A stretch of 64,000 bases of DNA, from assembly GCA_964016885.1 (NCBI GenBank), contig OZ024740.1:389422001-389486000 (forward strand), given 5' to 3'. The position numbers were made by a program, and so were the translations under genes. Below the pieces are notes generated by a model. That model made no database searches. It saw nothing but the letters and a program-made list of their open reading frames with translations, and was not told the DNA's origin. Shown here one piece after another: positions 23,999 through 34,507 of this stretch (positions within the stretch are counted from its first letter, which is position 1; each line of letters opens with the position of its first letter). The stretch is from Eledone cirrhosa (taxonomy: Eukaryota).

Positions 23999-26134
23999 TC
24001 AGAAGAGAGTTATTTATCTTAGTTGTTATGTTGTAACTTCCTGAGGATAAGCAGGTGCTAGTGATCCAAAGCATTTCTCGTCAGTAGTTTATGATAATGA
24101 GTGACAGAGTATTGATTTATTAAATAATGGTAATTCATCCAGTCTTAACTACCATTATTTGATATATATATGTCTGAAAATTTTAAGAATGATTCTAAGG
24201 AATAAATCTAACCATTTATTATATAGTTAAAAAACGATTGACATATATATATAAATATATCAAACATTAACAGGAGATAATTTGTAAAGGATGTAAGAAC
24301 ATATAATTCCAAAAGGCAGCATATTTGAATTATAAATACCCTCACATACATATTCTATTATCACTTAAGAATATGTTTAGCCAAATCAATGAATCATAAG
24401 TGCAAGGTAGATCAAACTATGAACTCACACCACTAATACAAATCTGCTACTGAAGAAAAATGCACTTGGTTTAAAACTACTATGTCTAAGCATTGTCCCG
24501 GTGATTATATACTTAATTTTTTAATGCTTCCATTTTATAGCCAGTATATCATCAGTATTTAAATTTGGAAAATATTTTATTTAGTTGCTGTATTTAACTA
24601 TTTTCCAGAAGTCAATGAAGATGGAAGCATATTAGAAGTGAAAACAGACATTCCATGGTTGAAATTCTTTCTGCAGAATTATTCTGATCAAAAGGAAAAG
24701 GGTATATATTTAATTTTTATTTAGCCATGTCTCACTCATTAAAAATTAGCTGGGTGTGTTTTTATGTATTATGAACTCCATAAGCATCTCTATTTCATAA
24801 CAAGTATATATTTTGCTTTTTAAATTTTGGATGGCATTAATATAACTATATTTTTTTAATAATGAAAGCTTTCAATTGGTGTTTGTGTTATAGGAATATG
24901 GAGAAATATGTAATTATTATGAAGCACATTGTATGAGGTTATGGTCCTGCTCTACTGACCACATGATCATAATTTCATTGTGTTGTGTAGCCCTAGACCA
25001 GTCATGATAGAACTATGGTATGAAAGATAGTGACTGAATTAGGTGCAATCCACAAAACCATAGTTCTGAACATGTCAAACATTTATCAGGTTGAGCACCA
25101 AACTACAGTTGTTGTTTATCTCCATGTCAGTGTTGATTGAGCAGACCCATGACCAAAATTATCTCATCTTTTATACTGACACATTGTATTTAGAAATACA
25201 GAGCTTGGACGAGTTGAGGAAGAGGCTGGGTTTAAGAGGAATCTGATATGGTATGCAAGAGAGAAGATTGCATTGATATGGACAGTGATGCTGGGTAAAT
25301 AAGTGCCAATGGAAGGAAGTTGCAGTAGAGGTAGACCAAGACAGGCAGAGGTTGTGAGAGCTGACTCACAGAGGAGATAACGAAGGAATGCAATTAGTGG
25401 TGAGAAGGACTCGTCTAACCCATGCAAGTGTGAAAAACAGATATAAAAAGGAGGGGGGAGGGAGAGAAGATAGACAGATCTGACATAGAGGGCAATTATT
25501 TGTTCCTGCAGAAAGTTCAGGGAACTGCCTTTAATGATAACAAAAGATTTCTCTTTACAAATGAAGGACCGGCTGTATGGTGCCTGCATGCAAAGTGCAA
25601 TGCTACATGGAGAAAAATAAAGCTAGCACGTTTTAACAGATGTATAGACATGAATGAGTTAAGAGAAAAACTGGATATAAGAAGAATGAAATGTAGCATG
25701 AAGGAGAGAAGACTGCGCTGGTATCATGTGGGTGAAGAAGTACCAGACACTCTCACTTGTAGGAAGCTACAGTAGAACACCCTCTGGATAGAGGTGGTGA
25801 AAGCAGATTTCAAAACATGACAAATGGAGAAAGGCTGTGTTGGAAAAGACCTGTCCAAACCATGCAAGCATGGCAAAATGAACATAAGTAAATGATGATA
25901 ATATATATGTGTAGATATGTATGTAATATATCTCTATTTGTTTTATTTCTATTGACAGATATGTTGCCAAACACTCCTGTTGGTCGAGAACTTGCATCAG
26001 AGCGTTTACAGCAGTTGGGAGAAAGTTTTATCAAAGAAGGTATCCAGGGTGATTATTGGTCTGACAGCGTATTTCTTGTGTATATAAACATGTGTGATAT
26101 CTCTGGCCTTCCAACACCAGACCTTTACGTATGA
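2212..26134 (+). CDS. FBXO38: F-box only protein 38 (MoKA) ortholog, spliced gene model, 5'-incomplete (13 exons in window)
   Basis: Exons joined by hand at GT-AG sites keep one open frame (4404 nt = 1468 codons including the stop). The translation matches recalled vertebrate FBXO38 motifs: [87 protein letters not shown]. Confidence 0.95.
3740..3875 (+). CDS. FBXO38: FBXO38 exon ([12 protein letters not shown]...ITCEAR)
   Basis: ctctag acceptor, ag|gtacag donor, phases 1 to 2. Confidence 0.92.
4295..4445. repeat. Degenerate tandem repeat, about 3 copies of a 45-60 bp unit
   Basis: Recurring gctagatgtctttcctattgctaatta and ccactgcaaagtagggtt. Confidence 0.7.
4700..4830 (+). CDS. FBXO38: FBXO38 exon ([13 protein letters not shown]...FPEP)
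   Basis: ttccag acceptor, cag|gtaagc donor. Confidence 0.92.
5148..5321 (+). CDS. FBXO38: FBXO38 exon (KWTPEE...ITDIGMKAV...WFHP)
   Basis: taatag acceptor, cag|gtgatt donor. Confidence 0.92.
5535..6015. mobile_element. TTAA-flanked piggyBac-like MITE (family A) with a nested RTE 3'-tail insertion at about 5722-5975
   Basis: TTAA-CCCTTTAGCATT ... AATGCTAAAGGG-TTAA terminal inverted repeats. Confidence 0.85.
6099..6288 (-). mobile_element. Full-length tRNA-headed SINE with a 17-bp target-site duplication
   Basis: TSD ttctttaaatagataat at 6082-6098 and 6289-6305; A box TGGCAGTATCGG, B box GTTCAAATCC; central gcctttcatcctt..ggggttgataaa block resembles the MetaSINE domain as recalled. Confidence 0.85.
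7064..7217 (+). CDS. FBXO38: FBXO38 exon (TNCWSNL...REPPKGCAR)
   Basis: ttgtcag acceptor, aag|gtgagt donor. Confidence 0.92.
7955..8029. repeat. 23-bp tandem repeat, about 3.3 copies
   Basis: aaaaacagttgtgagtagcatat repeated. Confidence 0.9.
8075..8928 (+). CDS. FBXO38: FBXO38 exon (VGLSAGTG... then Pro/Ser-rich disordered region)
   Basis: Polypyrimidine tract plus acag acceptor; ata|gtgagt donor; ORF 8043..9023. Confidence 0.9.
9020..9235. mobile_element. Intact ~210-bp piggyBac-like MITE (family A)
   Basis: Perfect 12-bp TIR CCCTTTAGCATT flanked by TTAA on both sides. Confidence 0.9.
9955..11893. repeat. Intronic minisatellite, 23-bp unit CTGACATAACACTACCTCAGTCT, about 84 copies
   Basis: Read directly; homogeneous centre, degenerate flanks with variant unit CTGACATAACACTGCCACTATTG. 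Confidence 0.98.
12024..13567 (+). CDS. FBXO38: FBXO38 large exon (Ser/Cys-rich disordered region ending [14 protein letters not shown])
   Basis: T-tract plus cag acceptor, cag|gtgaga donor; in frame with ORF 12203..13582; phase matches the previous exon. Confidence 0.9.
13388..13430 (+). repeat. Coding (TCA)n microsatellite giving poly-Ser in FBXO38
   Basis: About 14 perfect TCA units in frame. Confidence 0.95.
14664..14766 (+). CDS. FBXO38: FBXO38 exon (VLGVQSKTL...[13 protein letters not shown])
   Basis: ccttag acceptor, gtaagt donor; matches recalled human VLVLKSKNL...GITDLVLKDCP. Confidence 0.9.
15463..15885 (-). mobile_element. Non-autonomous Helitron-like fragment (3' end at about 15464)
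   Basis: Minus strand ends cccgagcaacgccagg...ctgCTAG|T, i.e. a GC hairpin plus CTAG; 5' boundary uncertain. Confidence 0.55.
15904..16231 (-). mobile_element. Composite SINE: tRNA head, CORE-like block and RTE-derived 3' tail
   Basis: A box TGGCTTAGTGG, B-box-like GTTCAATTCT, ccttgagcaagacactttatttcac, tail shared with the RTE at 21555-21830. Confidence 0.8.
17231..17397 (+). CDS. FBXO38: FBXO38 exon (SACRVLKK...FAQCKKL...LRPMHQ)
   Basis: tgttag acceptor, cag|gtaaga donor. Confidence 0.92.
17560..17945 (+). mobile_element. RTE 3'-UTR fragment with an internal ~140-bp tandem duplication and (GAT)n tail
   Basis: Matches the reverse complement of 21555-21805; 17569-17708 is repeated at 17709-17847. 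Confidence 0.85.
18801..18946 (+). CDS. FBXO38: FBXO38 exon (IPMQSLFG...LPNIN); alternative in-frame acceptor at 18795
   Basis: ttacag acceptor, cag|gtagct donor; ORF 18768..18950. Confidence 0.8.
19577..19912 (-). mobile_element. Second copy of the composite tRNA/CORE/RTE-tail SINE
   Basis: Near-identical to 15904-16231. Confidence 0.85.
20685..20952 (+). mobile_element. LINE 3' fragment (RT C-terminus HWYGHVER...RRPKRTW) with (GAT)n tail
   Basis: ORF 20688..20918. Confidence 0.7.
21199..21284 (+). CDS. FBXO38: FBXO38 exon (CLKEILK...YPRSIQSFE)
   Basis: ctttag acceptor, aag|gtgaga donor; phases 2 to 1 fit both neighbours. Confidence 0.8.
21555..23959 (-). mobile_element. 5'-truncated RTE-clade LINE: RT domain with one frameshift near 23010, PHD-like Zn finger, structured 3' UTR and (GAT)n tail
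   Basis: ORFs 22997..23941 and 21940..22824; motifs [58 protein letters not shown]; TSD ctgctat at 21548-21554 and 23960-23966. Confidence 0.93.
24609..24701 (+). CDS. FBXO38: FBXO38 exon (VNEDG...TDIPWLKF...)
   Basis: ttccag acceptor, gtatat donor; DIPWL matches recalled human DFPWL. Confidence 0.85.
25160..25900 (+). mobile_element. Two decayed RTE 3' fragments
   Basis: [23 protein letters not shown] remnant; two cccatgcaag-type tails. Confidence 0.7.
25959..26134 (+). CDS. FBXO38: FBXO38 last coding exon (...[18 protein letters not shown])
   Basis: tgacag acceptor; TGA at 26132; C-terminus resembles recalled human IFIHYCDVNGEPVEDDYI. Confidence 0.9.
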
Positions 26135-26424
26135 GGGATTTAGCAATGTTTCTCTCTGGCTCTCATATATATATACACACACAGACACGCTCACAGGTGT
26201 ATGTATATTATAAAAATAGTTGGGTGTGTAACAAAAAAAATCAGAAAAAAATAGTTAATCTTTGAAGACACCTCCTCAATATATTTTGTATTACTGGAAA
26301 TGTTTTATCTATTACACATTTTAGTGAAATAACCTATTGAAAATTGCCTGCTACATATGTTTGAGTTGCAGATTGTTGGTCTCTTTCCTCTTCTCAATCC
26401 TAAACTCTTGAAAAAAAAATAACT

Positions 26425-27056
26425 TAACCCTTTCATTATTATATTTCTAACTAAAATACCCCACTTATGAGTTTCAATGTAATTCTAAAATAATTGTGAG
26501 TGGAGATGGCTTTCATTAAAGAACTAAAACTTTTTTTAGTTCTTGAAATATTAGTGGCATTTTAAACACAAAGAATTCTTACGTAAATCTGTTCCAGCTT
26601 TTCTGTCTTAAAATTACTCAAATCACAGGTAAAATCTGAAATATAGTGTTTTTTAAATATCACCATATAAGGCAAATTATTAGCCAATATCAATCAAAAT
26701 CAACCATTGCTCTGCCACTTTGGATAAAGGCCTTTCTCTTTTCTCTCCATAACTTTTAGCTTTGGTAACTAGTTGCCCTTGTAGTGTAGCTGCCTGATAT
26801 ATGTGTATGTACATGAGTGTATACATATTCCTAGGGTCTGCTAATAACCCTTCCCCAAAACCACAACTGCTGATATGAAATAAAATTACCAATTTTAAAG
26901 AATTCTTATCAAAATAAAAATCTTCCAACATAAGTTTCTGAAGTTATGTTACAAATGCCATCTTGATGATGAAATAATTTTAGTAAAAAACCCACCACCA
27001 TCCCAAAATTCTTCATTGATTAACTGAAATACAGTTTATTTCATTTAAAGGGTTAA
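26425..27056. mobile_element. TTAA/CCCTTT-terminated MITE-like element(s) (family B) downstream of the FBXO38 stop
   Basis: ttaaccctttc...aaagggttaa ends; internal similarity to 35286-35495. Confidence 0.5.
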
Positions 27057-27932
27057 ACCTTGATGTAATTTTACTGTATGACACTAGATTACTTGCATGT
27101 TGACCACAGTTATGTTTCGAAGGGAGGGATGATTTGTCAGTATTAGATTATTAAATGTTTGTTGTTTATATTTATAGCAAAAATGCCATAATTTCCCCTT
27201 TGTGTACATATTGCAGGAATATTAGTTTCTGCCATTATTATATGAAATATTTGAACTGCAATAAACAGTATATAGCCAATGGGTTTTTAGTCATGAAGAT
27301 GACTGATTGGGTATAGATTCACCTGGAAATCATCACCTTCACTACCACTGCCCAACATTGTTTTGCATTCAGAAATTGAACTATTCAGTTTAAAGGCCAC
27401 CACATGTGTTTCATAAACTACATGCCTTTTTTATATTTGCTGCATTTGGAAATCATTGAAATTCAAAGTTGGGTAGAATGCTACAGAAATAAGATTTGGC
27501 CAAAATATCCCCCAAATTTAAAGAATATAAAATCCACACGATAAAAGTGTTGGATAGTCTACATCAAGAATTATCACTAATGTAGTTATGAGATTGACTT
27601 AAATATCAATAAGTAGTCTCAAGTAGGTTGTTATTCTATGGTGACATGTAGTATCAGGTGGGTTGGTAATGAAAGAGTTAATTATAAGTTTGTAACTTCA
27701 AGCCTATTTTTAGCTGCAAAAATAGGTGGTACTGCTCCGACTTAATATTCAATAGGAAGGGCATCCTATTGTATTGAAAAATAAAATCACTTGCTCCAAC
27801 AATATAGAAATGTCCACATTTGCAACAACAAATCTATTCTCACGCTAGCATGTAAATATCGTAGATTAAAAAAAAACCGGCTATAAATTTTATTTATGTA
27901 TCTACTAAAGTATGTCTTTGTCTTGGTAAAGA

Positions 27933-27938
27933 AATAAA
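27933..27938 (+). promoter_or_regulatory. Candidate FBXO38 polyadenylation signal
   Basis: AATAAA followed by U-rich sequence, just before TE-dense intergenic DNA; other AATAAA sites exist. Confidence 0.3.
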
Positions 27939-28919
27939 GCATTTGAGACAGGCAAGAATTCTTTCATTTGTAAAGCTGTTTTATTTTATTCTTTAATTTT
28001 AAATAGAATCAGTGTCAGAACCAGATAAATTTTCTTGCAGTATTTGCTTATGCCACGAGTTGAGTCAATTAGTATATTTCTTTTGTGCCAATGTTATTCT
28101 CATGCATATTTTATAAATCAAAATATGAAAAGTAGAGTTGTCTTGGACAAGATTTCAACTCAGAATGCAAAGGGCCGTAATATTAGATATTGTTGCCAGT
28201 AGTTTTATCCCTTTAGCATTTACATTACTCTATATATTCTGTATTTTCTTGAAGGCTTTACCTTACATAATATCGAATCTATGATTGAGAACTATTACAT
28301 TGACAAAGGTGAAAGAATTGTGGCCGGATATGGCTGGTTAAATTATACCCATTCTCCAGTTGGGAATATTATGACACAGCTATGTGAACCTACTGTATTT
28401 TATAGCATATAGGACCCTGGACATATAAGGCCTTCCCCATTTCAGCTGGGAATATTAAAAAAAATAATAACCTACCAGATACCCCCAACTTTGCATATAA
28501 GACCTGGGAAATATTTTTTCACCTGTTTGGGAGTGGTTGGGGGTGTTGTATACCATTAAATACACTAAATTAGACATTTCACTGTACATATTCCTTCCTA
28601 ACCTTTTATTCAAATATGATAGTATTTTTTGTTAATTTTGCCTTGGCACGTATCTCAAACTAAAATTTATATCAATTTCCTACAATTCTGTGATGTAACA
28701 CAAACTTTAAAAATCGAACAACCACCTCTATAGGGATGAGATAGTGGTAAATACGAAATACACCTCCCAACATAACCTTGTAGTTAGTGACTTCACTGTC
28801 AGAGCTAGACGGAGGGCAAGCTGAAAGAGCCCTCAGCCAGTAACAAATTTAGAGATATTTTGCTCAACGCCTATGACAGTAAGGAAAAAAAAGACTTTTA
28901 ACATAGATGAACATTGGGA

Positions 28920-29705
28920 GTTCCTGAAAGATAAAGTAACAGATGAGATCTGTGGATAGAGAAGGAGAGTGATTTGGTGGTGGAACAATTAAGGCCAAGA
29001 GACAGGCATGGAAGAAGGTACACTACATAGAGACCACAAGGGAAGCTAGATGACACATGCTTGGCAAAGAAGATTTGAGCATGTTTTGCAACATGAGGTG
29101 TTCAGGATTGCAAGGCAGTGCATTAGGGAAAAATTTTGATGTATTTGGTGAGAAGTGTGTCCGTGATGAAGGCACACTTGCCCTCACAGATGAACAGAAA
29201 GTTTTATGAAAGTTGGGAGAAAGAGACCCTACCCATACAAGTCAGCAACAGTGTAGTGAGGCAATTAAGGATATAAAGACCAGTAAAGAAGCTGGTCCAT
29301 CAGGGATAGTTGTTGAAATGCTGAAAGAATTATAGCACAGCTGATTAGGGACCAGGTAAATCTAGATGAGATGCGGTTCGGATTTGTACCAGGTAAAAGC
29401 ACCACAACTTCTCTTTTCCTGATGAAGTACCTAGCTAATAGTTTAACTAAAAAAAAAATGTAGGTTTTACATGCGTCTGCACTGAAGCAACGACAGAAAA
29501 CAAGCGCTATCAAATTCTGGGAAGGTTCGGTAGAAGCATTAGACAGTTTCTGGTACTCGGGTGAGCAAATTTGCAGTGAAGGTGGGTGTTCTGAAAGTAC
29601 AGTAGCCATAGTGAAAAGGGATGGACGAAGTTCAGGGAGCTACTACCGCTGCTAGCTACAAAAAATCTTTCCCTCAAAATGATGCATGCATTCAAACAGC
29701 ACCCT
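28920..29705 (+). mobile_element. Heavily deleted RTE copy (same family as 21555-23959)
   Basis: Colinear remnants: WWNN, gaggtgttcaggattgc, ggtgagaagtgtgtc, LDEMRFGFVPGKSTT, GGCSEST. Confidence 0.75.
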
Positions 29706-29719
29706 GCATCAAACCTATC

Positions 29720-30900
29720 AAGTGCAAGTCTGAGTTCAGTAGTCTGATTTTACACCTACCAGTCATGATACCACTTCCAATCCAGCTACTCATGTAATGA
29801 ACAGGAGAGGTGACAGTATGCACGCTTGGCAGAGTCCAACACCCACATTGAATGGTTTCGATATATCACCATTTATCTAAACACAAATACTTGGGTATTC
29901 ATATAGAGACATCAGGGCAACAAGAAGCCAACCATCGATTTCATACTCCTGCAGGTGCCGAGGAACACAGCCATTTGCCTTTTCAATGTTGATAAAACAA
30001 GAATATAACACTTAGCCATACACAATTTCTTGAAGACCTGCCGCAGTGTGGATATTTGGTTGGTTGTGCTGCACTCTTTATCAACTAGCTTGGACTCAAC
30101 AATCTCCCTGCATCTCTTTGCCAGACAAGCATATACTTTACCAGAGAGGCTTAACAAGGAGATCCCTCTGTAATTGGAACAATCTTAATCCCATTTCTCA
30201 AAAAGGGATACATCACTCCCGATTGCCATTGCTTAGGTGCTTTTCCAGAGATCCAGGCCACTTGGCACACATGGGTCAGCCAGAGAATAACTTCTCCATT
30301 TAAGGCTTTTAACATCTCAGGCCGGATTTCATCTTCCACAGCGGCCTTGCCACATTTGTGACCTCAGCCTCAGAGAGATTAGTCACCACTCCCATATGCA
30401 CATCAGATGCTGTTGTGATTGGGTTTAGATCAGCAAAGTATTTTCTCCATCTCAAGGATACACGTTCTTGATAGCAGGTGTGGAGGAGGGCTTCTTATTG
30501 TCTGCCAGAACACTATTTGCTGATCTGAATTCAGATTTCAGCTTAACCCCAAAGTCCTCCCATGTTTTAACTTGGGGCACCTTTACTGTCTCTGCTGCGA
30601 TTCTTCATGCCTGCATGTACCACTAGTGCGAGGAGGACTTATTTCCAAGTCAATCTTTGTAAGCCTCCTTTGCTTGGATGGCTTCTTTGACCTCTTGATT
30701 GAACCAAGGGTTCCTCCTGCCATCCAGCAAGCCTATTTCGCCCACAGCATTTAACAGCTGAAGCAGAAACTGCTACACTGAACAATCTCCACTGTCTCAG
30801 GATGCAATAGTATCTGCATACCTGGTCCTGACTTCCTTATACACCAATGCTTCCCACATTATCCTATTAGTCGATCTGGACCTACCAGTTTTGTGGGCTC
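29720..30900 (-). mobile_element. Degenerate Expander/RTE-like LINE (pre-RT and RT remnants)
   Basis: DEIRPEMLKALN..VILWLT.VCQVAW.SGKAP.QWQ, LLSLSGKVYA.CL, GVGLCQACILSPLLF. Confidence 0.8.
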
Positions 30901-32299
30901 AAGATGTCGTCAGTGATAATCCTTCAAGTTTTCACTTGGATGGCTTCACAATTTCTTATTTGAAAGCAGTCATTAAAGTCCAACAAACTACAATATGTGG
31001 TTAGAGGCAACCGTGGTAGACTATAAAAAAAAATGAAATGATTTACCAACCCTCACTCAGCTGTGAGTACACAGAGTCAAAAATAAGGCAACTGTGGGGG
31101 GGGGGGGGCATGGAAAATTATAGTAAGGTATTAGTATAAAAGGAAATATAAATCAGATGAAATAAAAAATTTTTTTTTTTATTTATTTCAGAGTCATTTA
31201 CAAGATCTTTCTCTGTAGAAAGAAAAGAACCCTACCCTTTTGGGTTTTGATATCACAAGGGCTCTAAAGAACAAAATAATGAATATATATATATATATAT
31301 ATATATATCTTAACATTCTACAGATATTACATTTATTAGAAAAATCAATTAGGTGGGATTAATTGAGAATACACTTAATATATATTATGCATCACAAGCT
31401 GTAACTGATGGGCTAAGGTATTGTATAAAAGCAATGTATACATTATCATAATACGTCCACTTTCCATGTAAATGAGTTTACGGCAGACAAACAATACATC
31501 CACAAATGTGTATTACCATTTAAACCAATTCACATTCTATTGACAAAAATAATTGCGAAGTTTTGCAGGTGCAAGTTTCAAGGAAAAAGATTTGTAAAAG
31601 TTCATGTTAGTCTTGATTTTTAGTAATATAAGTCCAAAAATAGATTGTCATATTTTAAGTTTGATTCAATTTCACTCTGTACATGAGGATAACAAATAAA
31701 AATAAAATATGAATTACAGTGCACATCTTAATATACCAACCTAGACCAATTTTAAGTACAGTGGTAAAAATCACTAGAAAAAAAAAAATTGGGTTTTCGC
31801 AAATACTTAAAAGTCTACAAGAGTTTCGGAAAGAAACTAGTTTGTTGTAGAATTGTGATACTTTGAAGATATATTAAGCATATTCAGTCTAGCATTCTAC
31901 ATATGTTGAATGATGGATTCTCTCAGTTACAACAATGAACATTCAAATATTTGTTTGACTGAGTTACCTACTTGAGAAGTCAACTTTGGTGGGATCTGAA
32001 CCCAGAAAGTCTTAACTAAATACAAAGCATTTTGTCTGATGCTCTACCAACACACACACCCTTGATGTAATTTTCAAACAGAATCAGTATGGCTCAATGT
32101 GACATGGCTGACCTTTTAAATTACAGGTACAATCCATCTGATAGGCTTCCACAATTTCCATTTACCCAATTTTATTTATAACACTTGACTTGCAGCTATG
32201 ATAAAGACACTTGGCAAAAATACCACACAGTAGAACTGAACATAGGCCATCAAGATTGCCAAATGAACCACTGCCATGCCTCTGAACACTCGAGTTGAG

Positions 32300-33812
32300 T
32301 ACTAATAATTCTAATATTGGCACAAGGCCAGCGGTTTGGGGGAAGGGGAAAGTCGGTTATATCGACCTCAGTACTTAACTGGTACATTATTTTAACCCAG
32401 AAGTCAACTTCAGTGGCGTTTGAACCCAGAATGTAGAAAAGTTGTAATAAAATAACTCCAAGCATTTTATCTGACACTACTGATTCTGCCAATACACCAC
32501 CCTCAGCTAAGTACTAATAATAATGATAATTTCTGGTGTATCACAGACAAATTACTATTCATTGATTGATATTGAAGGTTATAAACTAGGACTGGGATAT
32601 GAATTCAATATTCGAGGAGTCAACTAAATAATTGTTTCTACTTTTGGCACAAGGTCAGTACATTACTGGTGCTTTATTTTATCGACCCCATAAGGATGAA
32701 AGGCAAAGTTAACCTCGGCAGGATTTGAACTGACCATAAAGGGCCGTAACTCTTTGCTGCAAAGCATGGCGTCCAACTCTCTACCAATACTGCCAATCCA
32801 TCACTGTATTACAAAGTATTTAGTCCAGTGCGCTGCCATTTTTGCCAATGCACCACCTTTAATCATGATTTATAACATAGGCATAAAGACATATTTGGAG
32901 CAAAGAAACAGTAAAATCAGCCACTGGTACTTATTTAACATTACATAACTCTATATTTACTATTACATTTTCACTGTAAAGGCCTTATCTTACATAATTA
33001 TCTCATAATATCGAATCTATGAGATTTTAGTATTATGTATTTTGAGAACAATACCGTAACATAAGTATGATCAGCTGGTTTGAACAGAAAGAGGCGAGAG
33101 AAATCTGGCCGGATACGGCCAATTTAACTGCTTAAAGGGTTAATGACTTTAGCAGGAGTTGCACAGAAAATAACTTAGTACTTCAAGGTAAATAATCTTT
33201 CTGCCAACCCACACCTTTTAAATAATAATTGTTTCTACTTTTGGCACAAGGTCAGCAATTATGCCAGTACATTACTGGTACTTTATTTTATCAATCCCCG
33301 TAAGGATGAAAGGCAAAGTTAACCTCAGCAGGATTTGAACTCAGAAAAGTAAAGGGCCATGTTGCAAAGCATGGTGCCTGATACTCTACCGATACTGCCA
33401 ATCCAAAGTAATAATGATTTCCAAAATTTGAGGGTAGGGCTAGTCAATTAAATCAACCTTATTAACTGATACTTTTATCAACTCTGGAAAGATCAATGGC
33501 CAAGTTAAACATGGTTGGATTTGAACTGAGAATAGAAAGAGCCCTAACAAATACAGCTAGGTATTTTGTTCAACAATAACAATTCTACCAACCCATTGCC
33601 CTTGCCTTTAATAATGGTTTCTATTTTAGGCACAAGGCCAGCAATTTAGGGGGGGGGGGGTTAAATTGATCCCGTGCATGACGGGTACTTTATTTTATCG
33701 ACCCCGTAAGGATGAAAAGCAAAGTTAACCTTGGATGGGATTTAAACCCAGAACATAAAGGGCTGTAACTATGCTGCAAAGCTCTACTGATTCTAGCAAT
33801 GCACTGCCCTTA
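32300..33812 (-). mobile_element. Cluster of about 5-6 tRNA-headed SINE copies (family of 6099-6288) plus a MITE A at about 32935-33143, downstream of the anillin stop
   Basis: Repeated ggcacaaggccagca / aaggatgaaaggcaaagttaacct / gatttgaactcag blocks. Confidence 0.8.
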
Positions 33813-34374
33813 CCTTTAATAATAGAATAACAGCAGCATTATAGCAATTTCATGAAAGCCTAATTACAAATTAAAAATATAAGTTACAAATTTCGCAAAA
33901 GTCATTAAGATATTCCTCATCTAATGTTTACTTAATAGAAATAATTCAGTAGAAAAATGTTTACATTTAGTTTAAATATATAAAATGTGCTCTATGAACA
34001 ATGAACCATAGCTTTAAATCATTTTTAATTGTTTAATGGGTGTATTTGTTCAGAAAGGCTTCTGGTCACACAGACAATGTGAGGTACGGAAGCATTGTAG
34101 ATTTGCTCATAAAAGTATTTCGGTTCGGTGCAGAGATATCTACTATACCCAAATTGGGATCTTCAGGTGAACATCACATTCATATATAATAAAGGGGGGG
34201 GGGGGGAGATTATATATAAATAACAGTATTGCTGTTAAGCATAGTGTTTAAGCTGACTCATGACATAACAGTTCAGCAACAGGACACATCACAAGATATT
34301 GCAGCACAGCATTAGGATTTAGTAATAATTAGGAAAAGATGGGTATGAGAAACTGAAAAATATGTATATCACAG

Positions 34375-34507
34375 CTAGACAGCATGAGATGGAACTTTAA
34401 TTGGTTTCAATGCATCCAGTTGCCAAGCGCGAATATTTTCAAGAGCTTCATTTAATTTGTTGCACCATAAAAGGCGTTCTTCTTTTGTGTCTGCTGATAA
34501 CATGTTT
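34375..34507 (-). CDS. ANLN: Anillin last coding exon ([18 protein letters not shown]...*)
   Basis: ttgcag acceptor; TAG at 34377-34375. Confidence 0.93.
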
